Positions 10,058 to 19,292 of a DNA stretch of 64,000 nucleotides are shown in pieces; position 1 is the stretch's first letter; the number at the start of each line of letters is the position of its first letter. This DNA is from Myxococcota bacterium (GTDB taxonomy: Bacteria; Myxococcota_A; UBA9160; UBA6930). The notes beneath the pieces are model-generated. The model was not told the origin of the DNA and ran no database searches. It saw nothing but the letters and a program-made list of their open reading frames with translations. The stretch is from NCBI GenBank assembly GCA_965223415.1, contig OZ245002.1, forward strand, positions 2,464,001 to 2,528,000, written 5' to 3'. A program made the translations under genes and the position numbers.

Positions 10058-11106
10058 AGCCATTCGACCCAGGTGCCGTGGAAGTGGACGCGGGCGAGGA
10101 GCCGCTCGCTGGCACCGGGCCAGGTGCGCAGGCGGAGCTCGCAGAACTCGGTGCCGGGGGGCTCCATGCGCAGCCAGCCGAAAGGAGCGCGGGTGGTGGC
10201 GCGGGAGCCTGCGGCCTCGATGCAGGCCGTGACGGCCGATCGCTCGGCTTCGGGCAGGTACCACCACATCACGCTGTGGAAGAGCAAGGTGGCCCGATCC
10301 GGCGCCGGCTTCGCGAGCTGCTCCGCGAGCCAGGCCTCGGCACGGGCCTGCTCGACCCGGGGCGGATCCGGCGCGACCGCTTCGAGGCCGCGACGCAGGC
10401 GCTCCAGCCGCTCGTCCTGGTCCGGCCAGACGAAGGAGAGCAGGCGCAGGCGCCGGTCCGGGTCGCGTAGGTCGATCGGCGCGAGGTCGCAGCCCACCCG
10501 CTCCGCGATCCGATATCCCGGGGACGGCGGCGCGGGCTCACCCCGCCACTCGGGCGCGAGGCGGAGCGGTGATTCCTCCGGCCCCATGGCGGTGCCACCC
10601 AGCTCGATGCGGTAGCGATCCATGCACAGGTTGAGCCCGGCACTCGAGCCGATCTCGAGCAGACGCAGGGGCTGGGCGTGCGCCGCAGCGAAGACGAGCA
10701 GGCCGGGAAGCAGGCCGCAGCGGCGCTGGACCTCGTTCGTCTGGATGCACTCCGTGAGGAGCGGCCGGATCTCCCCAGCGCGCTCCTCTGCCAGGCGCTG
10801 CGCCACCGCCCAGGCCGCTTCCGCATCGAAGCGGCCCCCCGTCGAGGGCAGCAGCTCCGCCAGCTCCGGCGCCCGCCCCGCGAGGGCCAGGTAGTGCAGG
10901 GCCCCGGCCCAACGCAGCGGGAGGTTGTCCAGGAAGGGCTGCCCCTCCCAACCCTCCACGAGGCGCGCGACCGGCCCGCCGGCGAGCAGGTTCCGCCACG
11001 AGCGCTCCAGGAGCTCCCCGTAGAGAGGCGAGCCCAGCTCGCGACAGATGGCCGCCTGCCCCTGGAAGACCTCCGCGATCTCCGCGGTCCGCCTGTCCTC
11101 TGCCAC
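10054..11106 (-). CDS. DUF2332 family protein
   Basis: GSPLY, QTNEV-x-R, LLEIGSSAGLNL, LLSFVWPDQ-x-x-R, HSVMWWYL, HFHGTWVEW. Confidence 0.88.
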   Translation of the reverse strand: MAEDRRTAEIAEVFQGQAAICRELGSPLYGELLERSWRNLLAGGPVARLVEGWEGQPFLDNLPLRWAGALHYLALAGRAPELAELLPSTGGRFDAEAAWAVAQRLAEERAGEIRPLLTECIQTNEVQRRCGLLPGLLVFAAAHAQPLRLLEIGSSAGLNLCMDRYRIELGGTAMGPEESPLRLAPEWRGEPAPPSPGYRIAERVGCDLAPIDLRDPDRRLRLLSFVWPDQDERLERLRRGLEAVAPDPPRVEQARAEAWLAEQLAKPAPDRATLLFHSVMWWYLPEAERSAVTACIEAAGSRATTRAPFGWLRMEPPGTEFCELRLRTWPGASERLLARVHFHGTWVEWL

Positions 11107-11124
11107 GGCGGTACACTACCCCGG

Positions 11125-11508
11125 ATGAGCAACCACACCGACGTGATCCGCCGCTTCGTCGAGAGCTGGGCCCAGTGCGACGTCTCCGCACTGATGGTCT
11201 TCTTCGCCGACGACTGCGTGTATCACAACATCCCGGTCGAGCCGGTGACCGGCACCGAGGCCGTCCGCAAGACCATCGAGGGCTTCGCCGGCATGGCCGA
11301 GGAGATCGACTGGCAGCTGCACGCGATCGCCGAGGACGCATCCGGCACCGTGCTCACCGAACGCCTCGACCGCTTCAAGATCGCCGGGAGCTGGGTCGAG
11401 CTCCCGGTCATGGGCACCTTCGAGCTGCGCGACGGCAAGATCACCGCCTGGCGGGACTACTTCGACATGAGCCAGTTTACGTCGCAGCTGCCCGGCGCCG
11501 GCTCCTAG
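11125..11508 (+). CDS. Limonene-1,2-epoxide hydrolase family (SnoaL/NTF2 fold)
   Basis: VYHNIP, VLTERLDRF, LPVMGTFE, ITAWRDYFD. Confidence 0.92.
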   Translation: MSNHTDVIRRFVESWAQCDVSALMVFFADDCVYHNIPVEPVTGTEAVRKTIEGFAGMAEEIDWQLHAIAEDASGTVLTERLDRFKIAGSWVELPVMGTFELRDGKITAWRDYFDMSQFTSQLPGAGS

Positions 11509-11514
11509 CGCGGG

Positions 11515-12213
11515 TCAGCTTGCCAACGGCAGGCGGACGATCAGCGCCCAGCTCTGGGGGTCGGTGCGCGCTACGTGCCAGCTTCCGCCCCGGGCCGCGA
11601 CCTGCTCGCGCAGTGCACCGACCAGGGCCGCGTCCCGTGCCGTCTCGGTGTGCCGCGGATCCTCGAGAGTGGCCACCGCCTCGTCGGACATCTCGTCCGC
11701 CGTGGCGACGAGCCGAAGCGCGGGGAGTTCGGCGGGCCCGCCCGCCTCCACGTTCAGGCAGAGCGAGCCGGCCCCGCGGCCTTGATCGGCGGCGAAGACC
11801 ACCAGGCCCGTCACCAGCAGCTCCAGCTCCTGCTCCGGCACCGCGACCAGCACGAGATCGTCCGGCGCCTCCACCGCCAGGTGGTTTCGGCTGCCGATGG
11901 CCTCCCGCAGCCAGCGCTCGCGATCGCGGACGGCGCGAACCAGGTCGGCTTCGGCTCGGGTGTCCACCCGGGTCTCGCCGTAGGTCAGCAGCGCCTGACT
12001 CAGGCGCGCACACCGGTCGAGCGCCACCAGGATGGCCTGGCTCGCCTCGGCGATCGCCGGATCCTCCTTGTGGTCGTCGTAGAGGAAGCCCGCCTCGCCG
12101 ATGGCCGCGGTCAGCGCGTTGTTCATCGCATGGGCCGTGCCCGCGGCCAGCCGCCGACCGACGGCCAGCCGCGCGATCTCGGCGCTCGTCATGCGGGAAG
12201 CCTCGTCTGCCAT
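11515..12213 (-). CDS. Degenerate histidine-kinase-like protein (HisKA plus eroded HATPase, no sensor domain)
   Basis: H-box-like RLAAGTAHAMNNALTAAIG; N/G boxes not recognisable. Start uncertain (12213 or 12261). Confidence 0.6.
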   Translation of the reverse strand: MADEASRMTSAEIARLAVGRRLAAGTAHAMNNALTAAIGEAGFLYDDHKEDPAIAEASQAILVALDRCARLSQALLTYGETRVDTRAEADLVRAVRDRERWLREAIGSRNHLAVEAPDDLVLVAVPEQELELLVTGLVVFAADQGRGAGSLCLNVEAGGPAELPALRLVATADEMSDEAVATLEDPRHTETARDAALVGALREQVAARGGSWHVARTDPQSWALIVRLPLAS

Positions 12214-12400
12214 GCCCCGAGCCATCGGCAGGACGCTCCCCGGGCCGTATCGGTCTGACACCCCACAGCGAATTCTGCACGATTGTGCTAAGGAATAAGC
12301 CTACGCGCCCCCATCCTGCAGCCCGAGGAGCGCAAGCCCCATGTCCTCCACCGCCCCTGCGATTCTGGACGGATTGGAAAAGCCTTTGAATTCCGGGGTT

Positions 12401-13120
12401 ATGAGCGATATCCACAGTGGTCGCCTGGAGGCCCTCGGCCCGCAGGAAATTCTTAGTTGGGCAATCAAGAATTTTCATCCTCGGCTTGCGCTCTCCTGCT
12501 CCTTCGGCAACCCGGAGGGCCTGGTGCTGCTCGACATGATGCACCGCCTCGAGCCCACCTCCCGGGTGTACGTGCTGGACACGGGGCGAATGCACCAGGC
12601 CACCTACGACCTGATCGACCGGGTGCGGGACCGCTACGACAAGGACGTCGAGGTCGTGTTCCCGGAGGCCGCCGCCGTCCAGGAGATGGTGCACGAGCAC
12701 GGCATGAACCTGTTCTACGAGTCCCTCGAGAAGCGTCAGCTCTGCTGCCGGCTGCGCAAGGTCGAGCCGAACCGGCACTTCCTCGCTGGCCTCGACGCCT
12801 ACGTCACCGGCCTCCGGCGCCAGCAGAACGTGACGCGTACGGACGTGCCCAAGCTCGAGCTCGACACGGATGGTCGGCTCGTGAAGATCAACCCGCTCGC
12901 GGACTGGTCCCACGACGACGTCTGGCGGTACGTGCGCACCCACTCGGTGCCGGTGAACCGGCTCCACGGGGAGGGCTTCCCCACCGTCGGCTGCGGTCCC
13001 TGCACCCGCGCCGTCCAGCCCGGCGACGATCCGCGAGCCGGCCGCTGGTGGTGGGAGAGCCCGGACACCAAGGAATGTGGCCTTCACGTCGACGAAGAGG
13101 CCGACGGGTCCGGCATCTGA
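12401..13120 (+). CDS. cysH: Phosphoadenylyl-sulfate/APS reductase, Fe-S type
   Basis: LDTGR, CCRLRKVEP, GCGPCT, RAGRWWWE, KECGLH. Start could be 12341. Confidence 0.93.
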   Translation: MSDIHSGRLEALGPQEILSWAIKNFHPRLALSCSFGNPEGLVLLDMMHRLEPTSRVYVLDTGRMHQATYDLIDRVRDRYDKDVEVVFPEAAAVQEMVHEHGMNLFYESLEKRQLCCRLRKVEPNRHFLAGLDAYVTGLRRQQNVTRTDVPKLELDTDGRLVKINPLADWSHDDVWRYVRTHSVPVNRLHGEGFPTVGCGPCTRAVQPGDDPRAGRWWWESPDTKECGLHVDEEADGSGI

Positions 13121-13211
13121 CCCTCTTCCCTGCGCAGCTCGTGCGCAGCTTCCGCCTCTTCTTCGCTCCACGGGTCAAGCCCGCGGCGGGGGCTGCCGAT
13201 ACGCAGCACTG

Positions 13212-13589
13212 ATGGCTCTCCTCCGTCCCGGACGAATCCCCTGGCAGAGCGGCGTCGGCGGCCTGTGCCTCGCCGCGATGCTCGTGCTCTGGTCTCCCGG
13301 CGTGCAGATCGCGCGCGCCGAAGGTGCGGCTCCGCCCCTCTTGCAGGGTGGTCTGCCCCTGGGCAGCGCCGGCGGCTCCTGTGAGGTCGGCGCCGAGAAG
13401 GGACCGGACGTGGCCGCGCAGATGGCGCAGGTCCTCGAAGCCCTGGAGGCCCAGGCGGCGGCGGACGGCGAGGACGTGACGGTCTTCAACGGCACCGGTT
13501 CCAACTACCGCCGCGACGACGACGCTCTGGCCGAGCTCCACCGGATTCGCGCCGAGGTGAAGCGCGAGCAGCAGGCGGCCAAGCCCTAG
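13212..13589 (+). CDS. Hypothetical exported protein
   Basis: Signal-peptide-like N-terminus (GLCLAAMLVLWSPGVQIARA) and high-GC codon usage. Confidence 0.6.
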   Translation: MALLRPGRIPWQSGVGGLCLAAMLVLWSPGVQIARAEGAAPPLLQGGLPLGSAGGSCEVGAEKGPDVAAQMAQVLEALEAQAAADGEDVTVFNGTGSNYRRDDDALAELHRIRAEVKREQQAAKP

Positions 13590-13700
13590 CTCCGCCGCGC
13601 GAGCAGCAGGCGGCCAAGCCCTAGCTCCGCCGCGCGAGCAGCAGGCGGCCAAGCCCTAGCTCCGCCGCGCGAGCAGCAGGCGGCCAAGCCCTAGCTCCGC
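13562..13700 (+). repeat. Perfect tandem repeat, 4 x 35 bp (GCGCGAGCAGCAGGCGGCCAAGCCCTAGCTCCGCC)
   Basis: Copies start at 13562, 13597, 13632 and 13667 (last copy 34 bp). No spacers. The unit includes the upstream gene's stop codon. Confidence 0.97.
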
Positions 13701-13769
13701 TCCTTCCGGCCCGACGCCTGGGAGGCGGCCCGTGAGCTAGGCTCCTCCCGGCGTGCCCGAGAAGGTGAT

Positions 13770-16340
13770 ATGAGCCCGGGCTCGACGGCTCGATTCCGTC
13801 GCATCACGGCTGCCCTCGCCCTTGGCTGGGCACTCCTGGCCCTGTTCGCGGGGGTGCGCGCCCAGCTCAGGCTGCAGGAGCTGCCCCAGACCCCCTTCTC
13901 CTCGTCGAGCACCGCGGGCGTGCACGTCATCCACGCGCTCTCGCCGGAGGCAGAGGCGGCCGGGCTCCGCACCCGTGACCGCTGGCTCGCCATCGACGGC
14001 CTGTCCGTCGACGAGTGGCTCTCGGGGGGTGGGCTCGAGCTGGTTCCCGATGTCCCCAACCGTTACGACGTGCGCCACCCGGACGGGACCCTGCACTCGG
14101 CGTATCTCGCGCCCCGGCCCGCCGGCGCCAAGCCCTTTCCGAGCCAACGACTGGTCGGTGTGGCGGTGCCGGCGGTGGGCCTCGTCTATCTGGCGATCGG
14201 GGCGGTCGTTTTCCAGCTGAAGAGCGCACGTCAGGAGGCGTGGGCGCTGCTCGTCTTCTGCAGCGCGACGGCATCCCTGCTCTTCCTGGCGAGCTCGATC
14301 GATCCCGCGAATTGGCCCCTGGTCGCGCTCACCGTTCCCCTGATGGGGGCGTCGTCCTTTCACCTCTTCACGATCTATCCGACCGAGCCACGCTGGATCG
14401 CGGCCCGCCCGGAGATCCGTCCCGCGCTCTACACGATCGGCCTGGTCCTGGGCGTGGCGGGCGTCGCCGCGCCTCACGTCTCCGGGCTGATGGCCCTCGC
14501 GAACCCCGCCCTCACCTTCTTCACGGTGGTCCTCGGTGTCGTGAGCCTGGGGGTCCTGGTGGCCGAGCGCGCCCGCCTGGGCCGCGGGGTGGTAGCCGAT
14601 CGCTCCACCGTGATGCTCGTGGGCGCCGTGATGAGCTTCGTTCCGGTGCTGACCGCCATCTTCCTCCACACCACCGTGGGAACGGCGCTGCCCTGGTCGA
14701 CTGCCCTGCTGGGCTTCTTCGTCTTCCCACTCGCCGTGGGCTACGGGATCCTGCGCGCCGAGCTCTTCGATATGCGCCTCGTGGCGCGGAGCTCCGCCGC
14801 CTACGGCGTGGCCACTCTCGGCATCACCGGCACGTTCGCCCTCTTCATCACGTTCGCAGACGCGCTGGTCGGCCGCTTCGACGTGGACGCGCGCTCGCCG
14901 CTGATCTCGGTGGTGTTCCTGTTCTTCGCGATCCTGGTCTTCAATCCGCTCCGCAATCGCCTGCAGAGCTGGGTCGACCGATTCTTCGACCGCGATCGCG
15001 TCGCCTATCGCGACGCGGTGCGAGAGATTTCGGAGGCGATGGTTTCCATGCTCTCGGTGCGAGAGATCGTCGAGCGCATCCTCATCGCCGTCACCGACAC
15101 GATGGGCGTCGAGCGCGCGCTGGTCCTCCTGACGGACGACGCCGGCCAGACCTTCCGGGCCGAGGCCGCACGCGGAGACTGGGACGAGGACGAGGGGCCC
15201 TTCGAGATCGGCGCAGAGCACCCCATCTGTCGAAATCTCTGGATGCGACGCACCGAGCTGGCCCGGGTCGATTTCGACGAGGAGCCCGACCCGGACGTGC
15301 GCGAGCAGTGCCGTGACGTCTTCGACAGCCTGGAAGTCGAGCTGCTGGTGCCGATCCTCTTCGGGGTCGACCTGCTCGGCGTGATCGGCGTCAGCCGGCA
15401 GCTCGCTGCCGAGCGCCTCGGCCCGGACGAGCGGCAGCTCCTGCGGACCCTGGCGAATCAGAGCGCCATCGCCATCGAGAACGCCCAGGCCTTCGACGAG
15501 ATCGCCAAGCTCAACGAGACGCTCGAGGCGCGGGTGGAGGAGCGCACCCGCGAGCTGCGCGAGACCCAGGCCCAGCTGGTCCAGAGCGAGAAGATGCGCA
15601 GCCTGGGTCAGCTCGTGGCCGGTGTGGCCCACGAGCTGAACAACCCCATCGGCTTCGTGCACGCGAACCTCCAGCTCCTCGACGGCTATGTGGAGCGGCT
15701 CGTATCCAGCAGCTCCACCGAGGAGCGGCGCGGCCGCTCCCGTGAGGCCATCGACAAGCTGCTCTCGCGCAGCCGCGAAGGGACGGAGCGGGTCAAGCAG
15801 ATCGTCCAGGATCTGCGCACCTTCTCGCGCACGGACCACGCCGACCTGCAGCAGGTCTCCCTCGGCGAGGAGATCGATCGCACGCTCACCCTGATGGAGC
15901 CGCGCCTGAAGGGCGGCGTGGAGGTGGTGCGCGACTACGGAGAGCTGCCCCCGGTGCGCTGCTTCGCGGGCCAGCTGAACCAGGTGTTCATGAACCTGCT
16001 GATGAACGCCTGCGACGCGATGGAAGGCCGCGGTCGTATCACGATTCGCACTCGGCCCGAGGGTGAGGACGGCGTGCGCCTCGAGTTCAGCGACGACGGC
16101 CCGGGCATGCCGGAAGACGTGCGGCGGCGCATCTTCGATCCGTTCTTCACGACCAAGCCGGTGGGCCAGGGCACGGGTCTCGGGCTCTCCCTCTCCCACG
16201 GCATCGTCGAGCGTCACGGTGGCTCGATGGAGGTGGATTCCCGGGTCGGCGTCGGCACGACCTTCACGCTCCACCTGCCGGTCGAGCCTCCGGCGGAGGC
16301 GCTCGAGGAGCCGGACGAAGCGATCGAGGGCGCCGCATGA
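13770..16340 (+). CDS. Membrane sensor histidine kinase (PDZ-like, multi-TM, GAF, HisKA, HATPase), paralog 1
   Basis: AEAAGLRTRDRWLAIDG (PDZ-like), TM bundle, LANQSAIAIENA (GAF end), AHELNNP, NQVFMNLL-x-NA, DDGPG, FFTTKPVGQGTGLGL. Confidence 0.95.
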   Translation: MSPGSTARFRRITAALALGWALLALFAGVRAQLRLQELPQTPFSSSSTAGVHVIHALSPEAEAAGLRTRDRWLAIDGLSVDEWLSGGGLELVPDVPNRYDVRHPDGTLHSAYLAPRPAGAKPFPSQRLVGVAVPAVGLVYLAIGAVVFQLKSARQEAWALLVFCSATASLLFLASSIDPANWPLVALTVPLMGASSFHLFTIYPTEPRWIAARPEIRPALYTIGLVLGVAGVAAPHVSGLMALANPALTFFTVVLGVVSLGVLVAERARLGRGVVADRSTVMLVGAVMSFVPVLTAIFLHTTVGTALPWSTALLGFFVFPLAVGYGILRAELFDMRLVARSSAAYGVATLGITGTFALFITFADALVGRFDVDARSPLISVVFLFFAILVFNPLRNRLQSWVDRFFDRDRVAYRDAVREISEAMVSMLSVREIVERILIAVTDTMGVERALVLLTDDAGQTFRAEAARGDWDEDEGPFEIGAEHPICRNLWMRRTELARVDFDEEPDPDVREQCRDVFDSLEVELLVPILFGVDLLGVIGVSRQLAAERLGPDERQLLRTLANQSAIAIENAQAFDEIAKLNETLEARVEERTRELRETQAQLVQSEKMRSLGQLVAGVAHELNNPIGFVHANLQLLDGYVERLVSSSSTEERRGRSREAIDKLLSRSREGTERVKQIVQDLRTFSRTDHADLQQVSLGEEIDRTLTLMEPRLKGGVEVVRDYGELPPVRCFAGQLNQVFMNLLMNACDAMEGRGRITIRTRPEGEDGVRLEFSDDGPGMPEDVRRRIFDPFFTTKPVGQGTGLGLSLSHGIVERHGGSMEVDSRVGVGTTFTLHLPVEPPAEALEEPDEAIEGAA

Positions 16341-18892
16341 GCCCCGACGCGACGCGGCGCTTCCGGCGCGGGACCTCCGCCCTCGCCGTGGTGTGGGCCG
16401 TAGCGGCCCTGGCGCTCGCGATCTGGGGCCAGCTCGCGTCGCCGCGCACGGTGGAGCTGCCCCTGCACACGAGCGGCCTGGCCGGGGTGGTCGTCGTGAA
16501 TGAGGCGTCCGAGGAGGCGCTTCGAGCCGGCGTGACCCCCGGCGACCGCGTCCTCGAGGTGGACGGCATTGCCGTGCAGCAGTGGTATCGGGAGCGCGGC
16601 TGGGACCAGGTCGTTTCCGGGCGCGCCGTCCGCTACCGCATCGAGACCGACGAGCAGGTGATCGACGTCGCCCTGCAGCCGCGCGAGCGCCGTTCCGCCT
16701 ACCAGTGGCTCACGATCCCGATCTTCGCGGCCCTGGCTGTGGCGGGCTCGGCCTACCTGCTGCTCGGGCTCTTCGTGTGGCGGGCGCGGCCCGACCACGC
16801 CGAGTCCTGGGCCTTCCTGCTCTTCTCCTGCGCCATGGCGACGGCGCTCTACACCGGCGTCAATACCTACGACGCGCCGTTCGGTTACCAGCGCATGGTG
16901 ATGAACCTGCCGCTGATCGGTGCCTCCATGTTCCATCTCTTCACGATCTTCCCGCTCGAGCCCCAGTGGGTCTCGCGCCGGCACCGCCTGCGGCTGGTGC
17001 CCTACCTGCTGGCCGCGGTCATCGCGCTGGCGGCGATCTTCGAGCGCAGTCTGGCGCTCCCGCCCGGCCTGCTCGCGACCGTCGGCTACGCCGTCGGCAC
17101 CCTCGGCTGCTTGCTGGCCTTCCTGATCCTGGTGCACGAGCGCATCAAGCTGCGCGGCTCCGACCGCACCGCCGCAGCGGATCTCGTCCTGACCGCGTCG
17201 ATCGTGAGCTTCGTTCCGGTGATGCTGGCGTTGATCGTCGCCACGGTGACCTCCCTCCCCTTCCCGATGTCCGCCGCGATGATCTGGTTCGCGGTGTTCC
17301 CCGGGGCGATCGCCTACGGCATCGTGCGCCGGCGTCTGTTCGACATGCGCGGGCTCGCCCGCTCTTCCGCGGCCTACGGCATGGCTACCCTCGCCATCAC
17401 CGGCGTGTTCGCCGGCCTCATCACATCCGCCGACGTCGCCTTCCGGGAGTTCAACGTCAACGCGGACTCCCCGCTGTTCTCGGTCACCTTCCTCTTCTTC
17501 GCGATCCTCGCCTTCAACCCCCTCCGCGATCGCCTCCAGGCGCTGGTCGACCGCGTCTTCGACCGCGATCGCGCGGCCTACCGGAGTGCGGTGCGGGAGA
17601 TCTCCGAGGCGATGGTCTCGATGCTCTCCCTCGAGGAGGTGAGCGATCGCCTGCTGCTGGCCGTGACCGACACGATGGGCGTCGAGCGGGCGATGGTGCT
17701 CCTGCTGGCGGACGACGAGCGGGCACTCGTTCCCTCGGCCTGGCGCGGCGATTTCGACGAGGAAGCCGCCGCCGTCCAGCTCGCCATCGACCACCCGGTC
17801 GGAAGGCACCTTTGGATGCGCCGCCAGGAGCTGGCACGCACGGATTTCGACGACATGGCCGATCCCGAGAGCCGGGAGGTGTGCTGGGACGTCTTCGACC
17901 TCCTCCACGTGAAGCTCCTCGTGCCGATCCTGTTCGGCGTGGACCTGCTCGGTGTGATCGCGGTAGGCGAGAAGCTCTCGGGCGAGCACCTGGGCCCGGA
18001 CGATCGGCAGCTCCTTCGCACGTTGGCGAACCAGAGCGCCATCGCCATCGAGAACGCCCAGGCCTTCGACGAGATCGCCAAGCTGAACGAGACCCTCGAG
18101 GCCCGCGTCGAGGAGCGGACCCATGAGCTCCAGGAGACCCAGGCCCAGCTCATGCAGAGCGAGAAGATGCGCAGCCTGGGACAGCTGGTCGCCGGCGTCG
18201 CCCACGAGCTGAACAACCCGATCGGCTTCGTGCACGCGAACTTGCAGCTCCTCGAGGACTTCATGGGCAAACTGGTCCGCGCCCAGAAGGCAGGAGCGGA
18301 CATCGACAAGCCCCGCGAGGCGATCCGAAAGCTGCTCTCGCGAAGCCGCGAGGGCACCGAGCGCGTGAAGAAGATCGTGCTCGACCTGCGCACCTTCTCG
18401 CGCATGGACCAGGCGGAGCTCGCCGACGCGGACCTCAACGAGGAGATCGACCGCACCCTGGGGCTGATGGAGCCGCGCTTCAAGGGCGGCATCACCCTCG
18501 AGCGGGAGTTCGGCGCCCTTCCCAAGGTCCGTTGCTATCCGGCGCAGCTCAACCAGGTGTTCATGAACCTGGTGATGAACGCCTGCGACGCGCTGGAGGG
18601 CGAGGGCACCGTGCGCATCACCACCCGCTCCTCGCCCGGCGGAGTGACCCTCGAGTTCGCCGACGACGGCCCGGGCATCCCGGCCGAGACCCAGGGACGC
18701 ATCTTCGAGCCCTTCTTCACGACCAAGCCCGTGGGGCAGGGGACGGGTCTGGGCCTGTCCATCTCCCACGGCATCGTCGAGCGGCACGGCGGGCACATGG
18801 AGCTCGAGAGCTCTCCCGCAGGAACCACCTTCCGCGTCGAGCTGCCACTGGTGGCGGAGCCGCCCGAGGACGTGGAGAGCGAGGAGGCTTGA
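16337..18892 (+). CDS. Membrane sensor histidine kinase (PDZ-like, multi-TM, GAF, HisKA, HATPase), paralog 2
   Basis: Same architecture as 13770..16340 (AGVTPGDRVLEVDG, AHELNNP, GQGTGLGL). ATGA overlap with paralog 1. Confidence 0.95.
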   Translation: MSPDATRRFRRGTSALAVVWAVAALALAIWGQLASPRTVELPLHTSGLAGVVVVNEASEEALRAGVTPGDRVLEVDGIAVQQWYRERGWDQVVSGRAVRYRIETDEQVIDVALQPRERRSAYQWLTIPIFAALAVAGSAYLLLGLFVWRARPDHAESWAFLLFSCAMATALYTGVNTYDAPFGYQRMVMNLPLIGASMFHLFTIFPLEPQWVSRRHRLRLVPYLLAAVIALAAIFERSLALPPGLLATVGYAVGTLGCLLAFLILVHERIKLRGSDRTAAADLVLTASIVSFVPVMLALIVATVTSLPFPMSAAMIWFAVFPGAIAYGIVRRRLFDMRGLARSSAAYGMATLAITGVFAGLITSADVAFREFNVNADSPLFSVTFLFFAILAFNPLRDRLQALVDRVFDRDRAAYRSAVREISEAMVSMLSLEEVSDRLLLAVTDTMGVERAMVLLLADDERALVPSAWRGDFDEEAAAVQLAIDHPVGRHLWMRRQELARTDFDDMADPESREVCWDVFDLLHVKLLVPILFGVDLLGVIAVGEKLSGEHLGPDDRQLLRTLANQSAIAIENAQAFDEIAKLNETLEARVEERTHELQETQAQLMQSEKMRSLGQLVAGVAHELNNPIGFVHANLQLLEDFMGKLVRAQKAGADIDKPREAIRKLLSRSREGTERVKKIVLDLRTFSRMDQAELADADLNEEIDRTLGLMEPRFKGGITLEREFGALPKVRCYPAQLNQVFMNLVMNACDALEGEGTVRITTRSSPGGVTLEFADDGPGIPAETQGRIFEPFFTTKPVGQGTGLGLSISHGIVERHGGHMELESSPAGTTFRVELPLVAEPPEDVESEEA

Positions 18893-18896
18893 ACCG

Positions 18897-19292
18897 ATGA
18901 AGCAATGTGCACTCGCGATCCTGGGGGCGCTCTTCGTGAGCGGCTGCGGCGGGCCCTTCCTCGTGTTCCCCGGCGGCGCATTGCGCGGCGAAGTCGCGGG
19001 CGAGCCCGTGTCCGACTGGTCCTTCGCCGACGACGCCTTCATCGACCTGGAGACCCGCCCGGGAGATCCCTACTCGGTGGAGCTGAACTACGTCGTGAAG
19101 GACGGCCGGCTCTACATCGACCCGGCGGAAGGGCGGACGTGGCTCGAGCACATCCGCGCCGACCCGCGGGTGCGGGTGCGACTGGGCGACCGGGTGTACC
19201 CGGCCACCGCGGTGCTCGTGGGTCGGCCCGGCGAGCTCGAGGGCTTCGACCCGGAGCGCTTCATCTACCGGCTCGATTCCCGGAGCGACTAG
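18897..19292 (+). CDS. Hypothetical lipoprotein, probable split-barrel (PNPOx/nitroreductase-like) fold
   Basis: Lipobox-like VSGC; W-x-x-x-x-x-x-DPRVRVR motif. Confidence 0.65.
   Translation: MKQCALAILGALFVSGCGGPFLVFPGGALRGEVAGEPVSDWSFADDAFIDLETRPGDPYSVELNYVVKDGRLYIDPAEGRTWLEHIRADPRVRVRLGDRVYPATAVLVGRPGELEGFDPERFIYRLDSRSD

Noticed and set aside
12265..12490. ncRNA or riboswitch in the AT-richer stretch before cysH
   Set aside because: No recognisable conserved RNA motif; consistent with a divergent promoter region and a low-GC gene start.
13562..13700. Possible CRISPR array (35-bp repeats)
   Set aside because: Repeats are head-to-tail with no spacers, and there are no cas genes in the window.
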